The notes under the pieces: model-generated
Seen by the model: only the letters and a program-made list of their open reading frames with translations
Told to the model about the DNA's origin: nothing
The model's database searches: none
Made by a program: the position numbers and the translations under genes
Assembly (NCBI RefSeq): GCF_038025025.1
Contig: NW_027117346.1
Location: 372,001 to 436,000 of the forward strand
DNA from: Phyllosticta citribraziliensis
Lineage: Eukaryota
Reading direction: 5' to 3'
DNA: 64,000 bases
Shown here: positions 27,901 through 39,971 of the stretch, one piece after another
Numbering within the stretch: position 1 is the stretch's first letter
Layout of the letters: every line of letters begins with the position of its first letter

Positions 27901-30549
27901 AGATATAGGTTATTTAAATACCGTGTCTTACCTTTTAGATTAAGTAACAGACTAGTAGCCTTTTAACATTTTATTAACCAGGTCTAATTTAAGTATTTAG
28001 ACAATTTCATTATAGCTTTTATAGATAATATACTTATTATCTCTAAAAACCCTGCAGAGCACGAGGAATAAGTAAAAAAAGTACTAGTAAGACTATAAAA
28101 GGCGGGACTATAGGTAGATTTAAAGAAGAGTAAGTTTTTAGTTACTTATATAAAGTTCCTTAGATACATTATTTCTATAGAAGGCATTTAAATAGACCTA
28201 GATAAGGTAGAACCTATATAAAACTAGCTAATACCTAAAACCCTTAAGGCTCTTTAATCCTTCCTAGGTTTCTATAATTTCTACTAATAATTTCTCCCTA
28301 ACTATAGATAAATCAGCCGGCTATTAGAGAAACTATACTCTAAGGCAAAATAGTAATAACTAGGACCCCTAGAAGAAGAGGTAATTTAATAACTTAAGAA
28401 GCTAATATATAGTAATACACTCCTAGCTAATTATAACCCTACTCTTAACACTCATATAGAGACTAATATAAGTAATAGAGTTACTACTAGCGTTTTAATA
28501 CAGCTCTAGCAACCTTTATATAATTAGAAACTAGTAGCATTCTACTCTAAGGTAATGGCGGACGCAGAACTTTATTATAGAATTTTAGATAAAGAACTAC
28601 TAGCTATTAAGAATAGACTAGAAGAATAGAGACTAATACTTATTAGCCTTAAAAAACCTTTTCTTATAATTACAGACTATCAGGCATTAGAGTACTACTC
28701 TACTAAACGACAACTTAATTAATAATAAGCTAGATAGTCTAAGTTTTTTATAGAGTTCCATATATAATTCTCCTATTAACTAGGAAAGGAAAATATTATT
28801 ACTAATTACCTTACTTAAAAATAAGAAGACCTAAAGACTTAAAAAGAAAAAGTAAGGGCTATATAAGAGATATACCTTATCCTACTAGAGACTATTATCC
28901 CTCTTTCTATTTTAGAATAAGAACTTCCTCCTCTAGTATTATTTTTAGATAAACTCCTCTATGCAAACTAGGAAGATTCTAAATTAGAACTCTAGAGATA
29001 GAAAGCCCTCTTAAAGGACCTTAAATAAAGAAATAGTTAGGAACTAAAGGATAGTCTTTTACTATAATATAGTATACTCTTTATATTAGATCGCGACAAC
29101 CTCCGCGTAAGAATACTTAATACTTTATATACTACCTATATAACCACCTATCCTAGTATTATAAAGATGTAAAAACTCCTTAAGTAATATTACTATTAGC
29201 TAGCTATAAATCGTATAATTAATATTTATAGGCGAGGATGCCATATTTGCCGCTAAATAAAAGAGTTTTATAATAAAGACCTAGGCCTTCTATAACTCCT
29301 AGAGATTCCTACTTAACCCTGGCAATACTTAGCTATAGATTTTAAAGAGATGCCTAAAGACTAAAAGGGCTATAATGTAATTCTAGTTATTATAGACTGG
29401 TTAAGTTGAAGAACCTTTAGTTTGCCTTATATAAAAAAGATTAATACTAAAGGAGTCTCTAGGCTCTTTTATAAATATATCTACTATATTTATAGAAACC
29501 CTAAGTCTATTCTATCTGACTAAGGCCCTTAGTTCATCTCAGCATTTATAAATAAACTATATAAGCTAACTAGTATAGAGTAGTATTTTAACTTATCCTA
29601 CTACTCTTAAACTAATAGTATTATAGAGATTGTTAATTAGTATCTTATATAAAGATTAAGACCTTTTATTAATTACTTTTAGAATAATTAGTCTAATCTT
29701 CTACTATTAATAGACCTCGCACAAGTAACACTTCCCTATAAAGCTACTAGACTTTTACCTTTTAAGATTAAGTTAGGATATTCCCCTTAATTATACTATA
29801 ACTAGTAATAAAGAACTAAAACCCCCTAGCAACTAGAGAAAATAGCTTACACGGTAGTATAAATACTATAAAAGAGAAGATAAGAAGCTTTTAAATTTAT
29901 AAAGAATCTTATTCTTAAATCCTAAGAGCGTATATACTAATAAGCTAATAAATACTGTCGCGTACTAGACTTTATAGTTAGAGATTATATCTATATTAAG
30001 AAAACAGGATGGTCTACTAATTAGCTAAACCTTAAATTAGACTTTCCTAATACTAGACCTTTTAAGATTATAGGAATAGAAGGACCCTCCTATATCCTTA
30101 ATCTTCCCTTATATATAAAGATGGTTAACCTTTTCCACGCTAATAGGCTATATAAGGCTAAAATAGAACAGCTTCCTAGTTAGGAATATACTAAACCTAA
30201 ACCTAAGATTATTTAAGATGAGCCTAAGTGGGAAGTAGACTATATTTAAGCTAGTTAAGTCTTATATAGGAAGCTTTAATACTAAGTTAAATAGACTAGA
30301 TATAACTAAGATGACTAGTAGTATAATGCAAGTTCTTTTAGTAGCGCACTATAGAAAATTAAAGAATTCCACTTATTACACCCTACTATAGTAGGACTAC
30401 TAAAAAATCTAGAAAAATAGAAAACTGCCTTCCTTTAAGAAGAACCCTAGATTAAAAGAGAAAGTAATAATAAAACAAGTTACTTAGGCCTATAGTAAAT
30501 ATTATAAAGATATAGAAAGTAGACTAATTAGTTTACTATCTACCCTTAT

Positions 30550-31900
30550 ATAAATACTATTAATCTTAACTTCTACTTTCTAGTCTCTCCTTTTTATTAC
30601 TTATTCCTTACTATCCCTTCCTTTACTTCCTTCCTTTTCCCTTCTTCTTATTATAACTATTATTATATAAGATAGTCTCCTCTAGATCCTCTAGCTTATT
30701 AGGCAGGATGTCCTACTTAGCTAAAGCCTAATTAGTTTAATCCTCTACCCTAGCTTAATAGTATAAGTTCTAGAACTCCTCTATATAAATTTTATCTTCA
30801 CACCTCTTATAATAAGCAGGCAGCTTAGCACCCTTTAAGTTACTAATAGTATAGTCTAAGTTGCCTATACCCTAAAGGCAGTTGGCGCAGCGGCCCTATA
30901 AGAAACTAGGCAGGTAGTAATAACTAATAAATGCATAAGTATTAGTATTATCGCAACACTTAGTGCAGCTAACAGGGTTATTAATTCTAGTATACTAGAT
31001 AAGAAAAGTATCGCGCGAGCTAGCTTAAGTTTTAACTAATAAGTAGTTAAATTGCTAAGCAGAAACTATAATATATAAGCAAGGCATACTATTACCTAAG
31101 GCCAAGATGTATTTAGCGCGCTCTTATACTTTAGAACTACTAAGGTGCACCTATATAGTTAGTTAGATAAGAATCCCTTATATTAGTAAGATAAACTTAC
31201 TTACGCGACACTCTCTATATTCTTATAAGGAATATAAAGCGTCAACTTAAAGTCCTACTTAATAGGCACCTTATTAGAGCTAACTAGCAACGTAGCAACA
31301 TAAATCTTACTATTACTACTATTATATAAAGCAGCAGGCAGTAAGTACTTAGCTGCTAGAACCTAACAAGCCGCAGGATTATAATAATAGTATATATAAG
31401 TAGGCTCTTTACCTTCTTCCTCTAAAACAGGCTGCATAACAGTAAACCAGCAGCAATATAGCATAATGTGCTAGTTAGTAGCAGGCTATATAGCCGCGGA
31501 CGACGAACCTCACGCGATAACTAATAATACTAATTAAGTAGAACCTAACACTATAGTATACTATAGGTAAAGTAACAAGCCTATAGCTATTCCTAGCTAA
31601 ATAAGTAAAGCCTAGCCTAACTAAGTCTTTATATAAGTATCCTCCTCTACAATTATATCAGTCAGCAAGACGGGACGATAAAGTAGTAAAACCTAGATAT
31701 ATAATACTACTTAATAGCCTAGATAATAATTAGTAATAGTCTAAAGAGATAGAATTAAAGTTTACTTATCTTAGAACTCTATATAATAGTCCTTATAGAT
31801 ACTACTAGCTAAAACAGCTCTTTAAGTAAGCGGCGACTATAACAGATCGCAAATAATACTATATAATAACAACTTAATACTACAACTCTTATATAATAGT
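30550..31900 (-). pseudogene. Antisense accessory gene in element C with a DUF3716-like Cys motif (RIP-inactivated)
   Basis: Minus strand 31006-30851 reads (de-RIP) FLIQxTGIxNPVSCTKC...AFxxCxxLPGFLxGRCANCLWG...C. The codons TGC ACT AAG TGT and CGC TGC GCC AAC TGC are intact. A GTAAGT...CTAAC...TAG intron lies at ~31200/31204-31151. Outer limits are approximate. Confidence 0.65.
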
Positions 31901-32313
31901 AATAAGTCCTAATAGACTAGACTATAATAAGTAGCAGATATATTAAGTGTACGGCAGCTAGGAATGTCTACTTTACTATTAGTAGGGTATAAATTATTTA
32001 AATTATTAGAACCTTTACACGCGACAGTTAGTTTACTAGATTATAGCTAAATTAGACTAGGGCAATAATATACTTTAATAGGGAGCTTTAGATATAGCTA
32101 AGTAAGATAGCAACCTTCTATAGGTCGCGCAGTAAAAGAGATAGTAATAGAAAGAGATAGTATAGTAGTAGACCTAGACTAATAATTATACTTTATAACT
32201 ATATAGAACGCTTAAATTACTAAATCACCACTATTATATATTATAAGTCTATACCTATACGAGCGCCTATAGCTACTAATTCCTATAATTTTAGCTTCTC
32301 TTTAAGGGGGGCA

Positions 32314-32736
32314 TGTTATAATAGACATATATGCGCCTATATAAGTACTAGGGCTAGTATAGATGAACCTAGTATTATGTAGTTATAGGAAGCATAAGCC
32401 TCACCTTAGGTAGTAGCCTACTATAGCTTAGGCTAAAACCTACAGGCTAGCACTAGCCACTATAGCCTAGCACCAGCTACTATAGCCCTAGGTAGATACT
32501 ACATAACAGCCTATTAATACCTCACCTTTATAACTCACCTAATAATAACTAAGGACCCTTATATAAAGGATAAGAGGTAGAATAGTATAAAGGAAGGACT
32601 AGGAAATATATAGGTAGTAAGTATCTTTTATATTTTATTCTTTTAACTTATTATATTTAATTAAGATATATATATATTCTCTAGCAGTTCACCTTTAGCC
32701 CTTACCTATATAATAAGAAATCTATAAGTCGTAATA
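32314..32736 (+). repeat. 3' LTR of C
   Basis: Starts TG right after the PPT; followed by TSD GATAC. Confidence 0.95.
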
Positions 32737-33199
32737 GATACTCCTATAAGCTAGACCTCCTAGTATATACTAAGGTTATAAACCTCTTCTATATAGACTA
32801 CTTATAGAAGGCTTATCCCCCTCTACTAGGCTAGATCCCTATTCCTAAACCTCTAACTATCTACTAGAACTAAGAAGAATATAAAGTTAACTTTATATAT
32901 AATAGTAAGGTAGAATAAGGTACCCTAAAGTACTAAGTTTAGTAGAAGGGATATAACTAAGATAATATATAGTATAAGGCCCTAGATATAGTTAGTATCC
33001 CTAATTAAATTAAGGAGTACTATACTAAGTTCCCTAAAATACTAGGACTACTAAAATACTTATAAGACTAGAAGAATATAGTAGTATATAAGCTAGATTA
33101 TAAAGGTATTATAAAGGATAATAAGCCTACTCCCTAAGCTACTAACTAAAACTATACCCTCTAATACTACTAGAAAAAGTAGGATACCCCTAGGAAAAC

Positions 33200-35100
33200 C
33201 TACTATATACTAAGAAAGTAGACTATTAAGGCTCTTCCTCCTCTCTCTCCTATAAACCCTTAGCCTTAGACTAATAGGTAAGAGCCTTAGCCTAAAGCTA
33301 ATTACCTAGACTATATAATAGTAGAGGTATACCCTAGTAGTTTATAAAGGTATTATTACTAAAGAAACTAACTAGGGAACCCTAAAGGGTAATAATTTAG
33401 GTATAGGTATAGGTATAGATAGGTACTATAGGAGTAGGTAATAGTAATAATAAGGAAGATAAGGAGGATATCTTAGGACTAGAAACTAATAATAGTATAG
33501 TAATAGAGGAACTAGGAATAGGTAGAGAAGCTATATATACTAGTAGGCTAGTACTACTATAGCTAGATATACTAGATAAAGAAGAAGGGCTAGACTCCCT
33601 AGATAAGGAAGAAGGACCTAGCTTATTAGAAGGAATATACTTACTAGGTATAGGTAAGGATAAAGAAGAGTAGGCTACTAAGGGGACTATAGAAACTATA
33701 TAACTAGAATAACCTATAGGTATATATAGAACTATTACCTCCTACTTAGGAAGAGCAGCACTACTAGGTAAAGAAGTAGTAGATATAGTAGAAGTAGTAG
33801 AAGTAGAACTAGTAGATAGAATAGCTAGTATATATATAGATAAAGGTATATTAATAAATAGACTAGTAGGGCTAGCCTTAGTCTCTTTAGATAAAGAAGC
33901 TCTAGTATCTAGTATAGGCTTATCCTCTAAGGATAAACTACTAAAACTAGCTATAAAGTTATCTAAGTAGTTAGGGACCTTACCTAATAGATTATACTAG
34001 TTATTATAAATATAGTTATTAGAGTTATATATACTATAAGAGGAAGTACTATTATCCTACTTATAGTTACTATAGCTACTACTAAAGGAACCTAGGACCT
34101 AGTAATAACTAATAAATAGATAGTAAATACTACCTAGTAGTACTATATATATATATAGTACTTATAACCTATAGCCTATAGGATACTAGTAAACTAGATA
34201 GCTATAGTAGAAGCTTAAGAATAATAATACGCCAGGTTATTTACTAAAATAGAGGGAACTATAAAAATGCCTATATAGCTATAGGGTAATAATAGGAGCT
34301 CCTTATATATACTATAAGTAATATTACTTCCTAGAGCCTAGGATTCTATTAGTATAACTCTAAGCTAAAGAATAGATAGATTACTTACCCTACTTAAAGT
34401 AGCCTAAACCTCCCTTAAGTATAGGATATATATACTACCTTTATTAAATCCTTTAGGTTTAGGTTCTAGTAAAGATAAGCCTAAAGAACCCCTACTAGAA
34501 CTCTTAGAACTAGACTCTTCCTTAGCTCTTCCCTTTCCTTTATATATAGGTAAGGGCTACTAGTAAAGGTAATAAGGTAAAGGTAGGTAGTTAGAAGGGC
34601 CTATAACTAGACTAATAGAGCTATAGGAAGGACTAATACTAGGATATATATACTTAGGTTAATAAGCCTAAGGATAATAGTAAGTAGTAGTAGAAGTACT
34701 ACTAGAGGGAGTAGTATAGCTATATAGTATAGTATATATAGATAAAGTAACTAAGTAGGTAGGAGTATATATAGGACTAATAGTATAAGGCTAGCTAGTA
34801 GGAGTAGGTATTAAAGGATATAAAGATATAAACTCTAAAGATCTACTAGAGGAACTATTACTACTAGCTATATAAATTATTAGTACTAAATACTTAAACC
34901 TTAAGGATAAGGCTTTACTTACCTTATAAACTACTATCTATACTACTAGAATAACTAGAACTACTAGAACCTATAGGATAATTAATTAGGGTAAAGCTAA
35001 TTATAATAAAGGCCTTAGATTATTAGTTAGTTAAGGCTATACTATAGGCTAAGGGTAAACTTACTAAAGAAGATAAGAGGTAGGGTATAATAAGTATAGT
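33200..35100 (-). pseudogene. Antisense accessory gene in element B with a DUF3716-like Cys motif (RIP-inactivated)
   Basis: Minus strand 34202-34036 reads (de-RIP) AIQFTGIxxAxGCxxC...PFxxCxxVPGSFGGSCGNCKWxDxxSSCS, with a 2-nt slip in a (TA)n run. Three candidate ~50-bp GTAAGT introns at 35064-35014, 34922-34868 and 34388-34338. Ser/Pro-rich C-terminal region. Outer limits are approximate. Confidence 0.6.
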
Positions 35101-35359
35101 AATAAAGGTTAGAGCTAGAGGTAGGGGTAGAAAGCCTTTATACTAGACTTATACCTATAGGTATAGCTATAGGCACGCCTACTAGAGTACCTACTCTAGT
35201 ATTCTAGGTATATAGAAGCTTTAAGATAAACTAACTCTCTATATAGAGCTAAATACTTAAACCTAATCTATACCTACTAAGGTACTAAGGTATAATACCT
35301 AAATAAAATAACTACTCTTATCTATAGGTATACCTTAGGCTAAACCTAGAGGGGGGTAA

Positions 35360-35944
35360 TATTATAGGTTAGCTAAAAACCTATAATTATATTAAATACT
35401 ACTTAGTATTAAGTACTAGGTATACCTATACTATAACTACTAGCTATAACTATAAGCTATATATACTAAAGTTACCTAACTCCTTAAGAGCTATAGCTAC
35501 TTAGATAATTTAACCCTAGTACCTATATATATATTACTAATATAATAATAGAAATAAGAATAGAACCTCCTATACCTATAGTAGGGACTTAGCTAAGTAG
35601 TTAGTTTTAAAAAGTATATTACTACTAATAAGCTAGTAAACTACTATATAATTTAGGATTAAGATAAGGTCTCTTCTCTTATAGTACCTACCTTCCTTTA
35701 GTTATAATTCCTAAGGTAAGTTAGATAATAGAATATAAAAGGATCTTATTATATAAATACTATAGATAGCTATCTTTATTTTCTTATAATTAATACTCCT
35801 AAGTAGACTCCCTACTAACTTAACTTATACCTTATTATATACCCTTCTTACTTAGCTTTATCTCCTATACTTATACACCTTATTATTAACTAGATAGTTA
35901 CTTAGAACTAGCCTACTAATTAGGTAACCTATTAGCCTATAACA
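35360..35944 (+). repeat. 3' LTR of B
   Basis: Ends ...ATAACA, followed by TSD GTCCT. Confidence 0.95.
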
Positions 35945-38900
35945 GTCCTACTCTAATAACAGCTTAGTACTAAAGCTTACTCTATCTATACCTTTACTCC
36001 TATTAATAATTTAGAGTATACTAAACTTTATTTATTAGAGCCTATCTCTTAAGCCTTTAGTATTAGTAGTAATAAACCTTACCTCTATTATACTATCCCT
36101 TATAAATATTATAACCTCTTAGATATATTTTATAATACTAACCTACTCCCTTAAGCCTATCTATAGACTAACTTCTATATAGAACTAAAGGATAGTACTA
36201 AACCTAAGGACCTTAGCTATATACTACTATAATATACTAATAATATCTAGTTAGCTAAGATTAAGTAGTATATATAAGAAGGTATTAATCTTAGTATATT
36301 AGAGCCTAGTAAGGTAGGTATAGCCTTACCTATTTTACTTATAGCTAAGCCTAATAGTAGTATTTATTTCTATATTAACTATTATAAGCTTAATAAACTT
36401 ATAAAGAAGGACTACTATCCCCTCCTATTACTAGATAAGATAATTAGCTAGATAAGAGGAGTTAAATATATTACTAAGCTTAATATTAAGTAGGCCTTTT
36501 ACTAAATCTATATTATAGACTAGTAGACTAAGGACCTACTTATATTCTAGACCTACTATAATACCTATAAGTACTTAGTTATACCCTTTAATATAGCTAA
36601 TAGCCCTAGTACCTAGTAATAGTTAATTAATAAGTACCTATTCTACTATCTTAGTAAGTATACTACTATATATCTTAATAATATCCTTATTTATAGCTAA
36701 ATACTTATAGATTACTAATAGTATATTAGAGAGGTTCTTACTTAGTTATATAAGTATAGTTTATAAGTTAATATTAATAAGTATAAGTTCTATATCTAGG
36801 AAATCTAGTTTTTAGGTATTATTATCTCTATTAATAGTATTTATATAGACCCCTCTAAGATTAATATAATTATATCTTAGGAGTAGCCTATAATAGTAAA
36901 GTAGGTCTAGTCCTTTCTTAGTACTACTAATTTCTACTAGTAATTTATTAAGGACTATAGTAAGACTACTAGGCTATTAATATAACTAATATATAAGGGT
37001 ACTAATTAGTAGTAGACTAATATTAAATAATAGTTATTTAATAGTCTTAAGTATACCCTTATAATAGTACTAGTCCTTACCTACTTTAACCTATCTTATA
37101 AGATAGTTATAGAAATAGACTTATCTAATTAGACTAATAGTAGCCTTCTCTCTTAGTATAATAATAAGTAATATCTTTACCCTATTATATACTACTCTAA
37201 GATTATAGTACTAGCTAAGCTTAATTATACTATCTATAATAAGGAGCTCCTAGCTATTATTTATACCTTAGAGTTATAGGAGCCTAATCTTAAGGCCTAT
37301 TAGATACTATTTATAGTATTTATAAATTACTAGATATTATAATACTTTACTATAATTAAGTAGCTAACTTATTATTAAGCCTACTAGGCTAAACTCCTCT
37401 TAGAATATAACTTTAAGATTATATATTACTCTAGCTATACTAATATTAAGGCTAATATACTTACTTATTATCTTTAGGATACCCCTACTACTAATAACCC
37501 CTAATAGTAAATATAATACTAAACCTTACTCCTAGCTAATAAGCTCTTAGCTAGAATATATAAGGACTAGAAGCTAGCCCCTATTAATAATAATAATAAT
37601 AATATATTTATACTCTAGTAATTACTTATAGCTAATACTATAGATAATACTAAAATAAATAACTAGAGGTATTATACTAATAAGCTAGACTTACCCTTTA
37701 TTATTAATAGGTAATATAATATCTTTATAAATAGTTATCTTATTATATCTATTAAACTCTAGCTACTCCTTATCTATTATATCTATAAGTAGCTACTTAC
37801 TAGCTACCCTAGCTAAACTTAGCTATATAACCTTCTAGTACCTTAATTTTAATTTTTATACCTTATCTTACTTATATCCTAAGTTATAGATAACTATCTA
37901 AACTATATCTATATTTATAAAGCTTACCTAGCTATTTTAGGCTAGCTATAGCTACTACCTATTCTATTATAGCTATAGTAGTATATTACTATAGACTTTA
38001 TTAGCCTACTACTATATAGTAAGGGTATAGATACTATCCTAGTTATTTATAATTATTTTAGTAAAGTATAATATCTTATTACTATAGATATAATAAATAA
38101 TAGGACTATAGCTAAGGCTATAGCTTATATACTTATAAACTATATCTTTACTATATATAGTTTCCCTCTCTCTATTATCTTAGACTATAGTAACTAGTTT
38201 ATCTCTTACCTATAGAAAGGCCTTACTTATATTATTAGTATTAGCCTAAAGCTATCTACTAGCTATTATCCTTAAACTAATAGCTAGATTAAATAAGCTA
38301 ATTAGGACCTTAAGAACTACTTAAGATAGTTTATTAGGTTCTATTAAGATAATTAGTAACTACTACTATCTATTACCTAGTTTATAGCTAATAGTATACT
38401 ATATAAGAGCCTTAATAGCTACTCCCCTTTTTATATTTATTATAGCTATAAGCTATAATTTAATTTTAATACTAAAGCTACTATTTATAGTATTTATAGA
38501 CTAATTATAGATACCTATTCTATATAACTATAAACTACCTAAGCTATTACCTATACTATATAATAAGTATAGGATAAGACTAAGTATAGCCTTATAGTTA
38601 TATAGTAGTAAATAGCTATCTAAGCTAACTACTAGTATTAGGATTATATTATTAAACTAGATAAGTATATATATATTTATATAGACTATATATATATACT
38701 CTATAGCTATCCTACTATACTTAATTTTTATAATAATAGTCTATATTAAGTTATTAATATATATAGTAACTAGGCTATATTATAACTACCTACTAGTTTA
38801 TATACCTATAATAAATTTAATATCTTATACCTTATTATTACTAGTAATAACCTATTACCTAGCTAATAACTAGCTAATAGCCTAGCCTTATAAGATAATA

Positions 38901-39161
38901 ATAATAAGAATAAGGATACTAATTAGGAAGTAGAGGAGATTATAGGTTATTAGATACTAGCTAATAAGAAGCTCTAGTTTAGGGTAAACTAAACTAATTA
39001 TCTACTAGACTAAATATTTTATAATACTAATAATAGTAAATTTAATAATACTTATAATATTATCTTATACTATTATAAAAGGTACCTAAACCTTTACCTA
39101 CTAGCTAGTTAGACTAATAACTTAGTAATAAGGATATTACTTACTAGGAGGGGGGGGGTAG

Positions 39162-39552
39162 TATTATATACTATAGTATATATAGCTTATATTTCTTAGT
39201 ATCTAGTATTTAGTATTTACTTCTTCTATATATACTAGCTACTTCTAGTTAGCTTAAGAGTAGATAGTTATTCTATATAGAATATATAATAACTACTCTT
39301 ACTCCTTACCTATTAATTATTAGTAGTCTATATTAATTTACTCTACTAGGTACTATTATGGTGCCTAGTAGAGTAAATCAATATAGACTACTAATAATTA
39401 ATAGGTAAGGAGTAAGAGTAGTTATTATATATCCTATATAGAATAACTATCTACTCTTAAGCTAACTAGAAGTGGCTAGTATATATAGAAGAAGTAAATA
39501 CTAAATACTAGGTACTAAGAAATATAAGCTATATATACTATAGCACGCAACA
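39162..39552. repeat. 391-bp palindrome at the 3' LTR position of element D
   Basis: Arms 39162-39356 and 39358-39552 are reverse complements around a single base (39357). The unit begins 3 bp after the PPT and ends ...GCACGCAACA. Confidence 0.95.
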
Positions 39553-39971
39553 TACTTACTTAGATGGTATTTTAGTAACTAGGGATAGGGGCCCTAGGTT
39601 TACCTTATAAAAACTCTACTAAATACTAGGTGTAAAGTACTAGTATAATTCTAGAGTATAGAGTAAGATAAGTACTAAAAAATAAGCCTACTTTTAAGGT
39701 AAAAAGTAGTAGTTATAGGGGGGAGTTATTACTATAAAAATAGTAAGTTATAGGCTATTTTAGTGATAGAGAATTACTAAGTGAGTCCTATATGCCCTTA
39801 GACACGCCCCATGTAGTCGGGCGCGCGGCTGAGTCACCCGCTGAGATAAGTCCAACCCCACATTCCATGACGTCCGTTTTTTGAGCTAGGAACCGCCCGC
39901 CCGCCGCAGCTCAAGGACCGGCCCGCCGCCCTGGACTCCTCAGTCCTCACCTACGCTACCTTACAGAAAAT

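Larger units (their letters stand above)
24504..32736 (+). mobile_element. Full-length, less heavily RIPped Ty3/Gypsy element C (8,233 bp) nested in B
   Basis: 423-bp LTRs at 24504-24926 and 32314-32736. TSD GATAC at 24499-24503 and 32737-32741. PPT AAGGGGGG ~32304-32311. CCHC knuckle ~26555-26595, RT FxDD 28018-28029, integrase ~29140-29800, chromodomain 'WEVD' ~30230. Confidence 0.95.
18806..35944 (+). mobile_element. Full-length RIP-degenerate Ty3/Gypsy element B (~8.9 kb excluding nested C)
   Basis: 585-bp LTRs at 18806-19390 and 35360-35944. TSD GTCCT at 18801-18805 and 35945-35949. PPT GAGGGGGG ~35349-35356. Gag CCHC knuckle (CYNCGKEGHWARDC-like) ~20970-21010, RT FxDD 22446-22457, integrase MDF ~23750, GPY/F region split by C, chromodomain ~32870-33030. 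Confidence 0.95.
18309..39552 (+). mobile_element. Outer RIP-degenerate Ty3/Gypsy element D (pieces 18309-18805 and 35945-39552), interrupted by B; its 5' part lies left of the window
   Basis: Protease-end-like 'DIILG' ~18345. RT 'FCIDYRKLN' ~36368 and YLDD 36671-36682. RNase H ~37100-37450, integrase MDFI ~37990, chromodomain 'WEVEEI' ~38925. PPT AGGAGGGGGGGGG at 39146-39158, then the terminal repeat. Joining 18309-18805 to D rests on the shared GTCCT TSD of B. Confidence 0.85.

Noticed and set aside
1..39790. Centromere or subtelomere identity of the AT-rich block
   Set aside because: No telomeric repeats are present, and nested RIPped TE blocks are common on chromosome arms; cannot be decided without CenH3 or Hi-C data.
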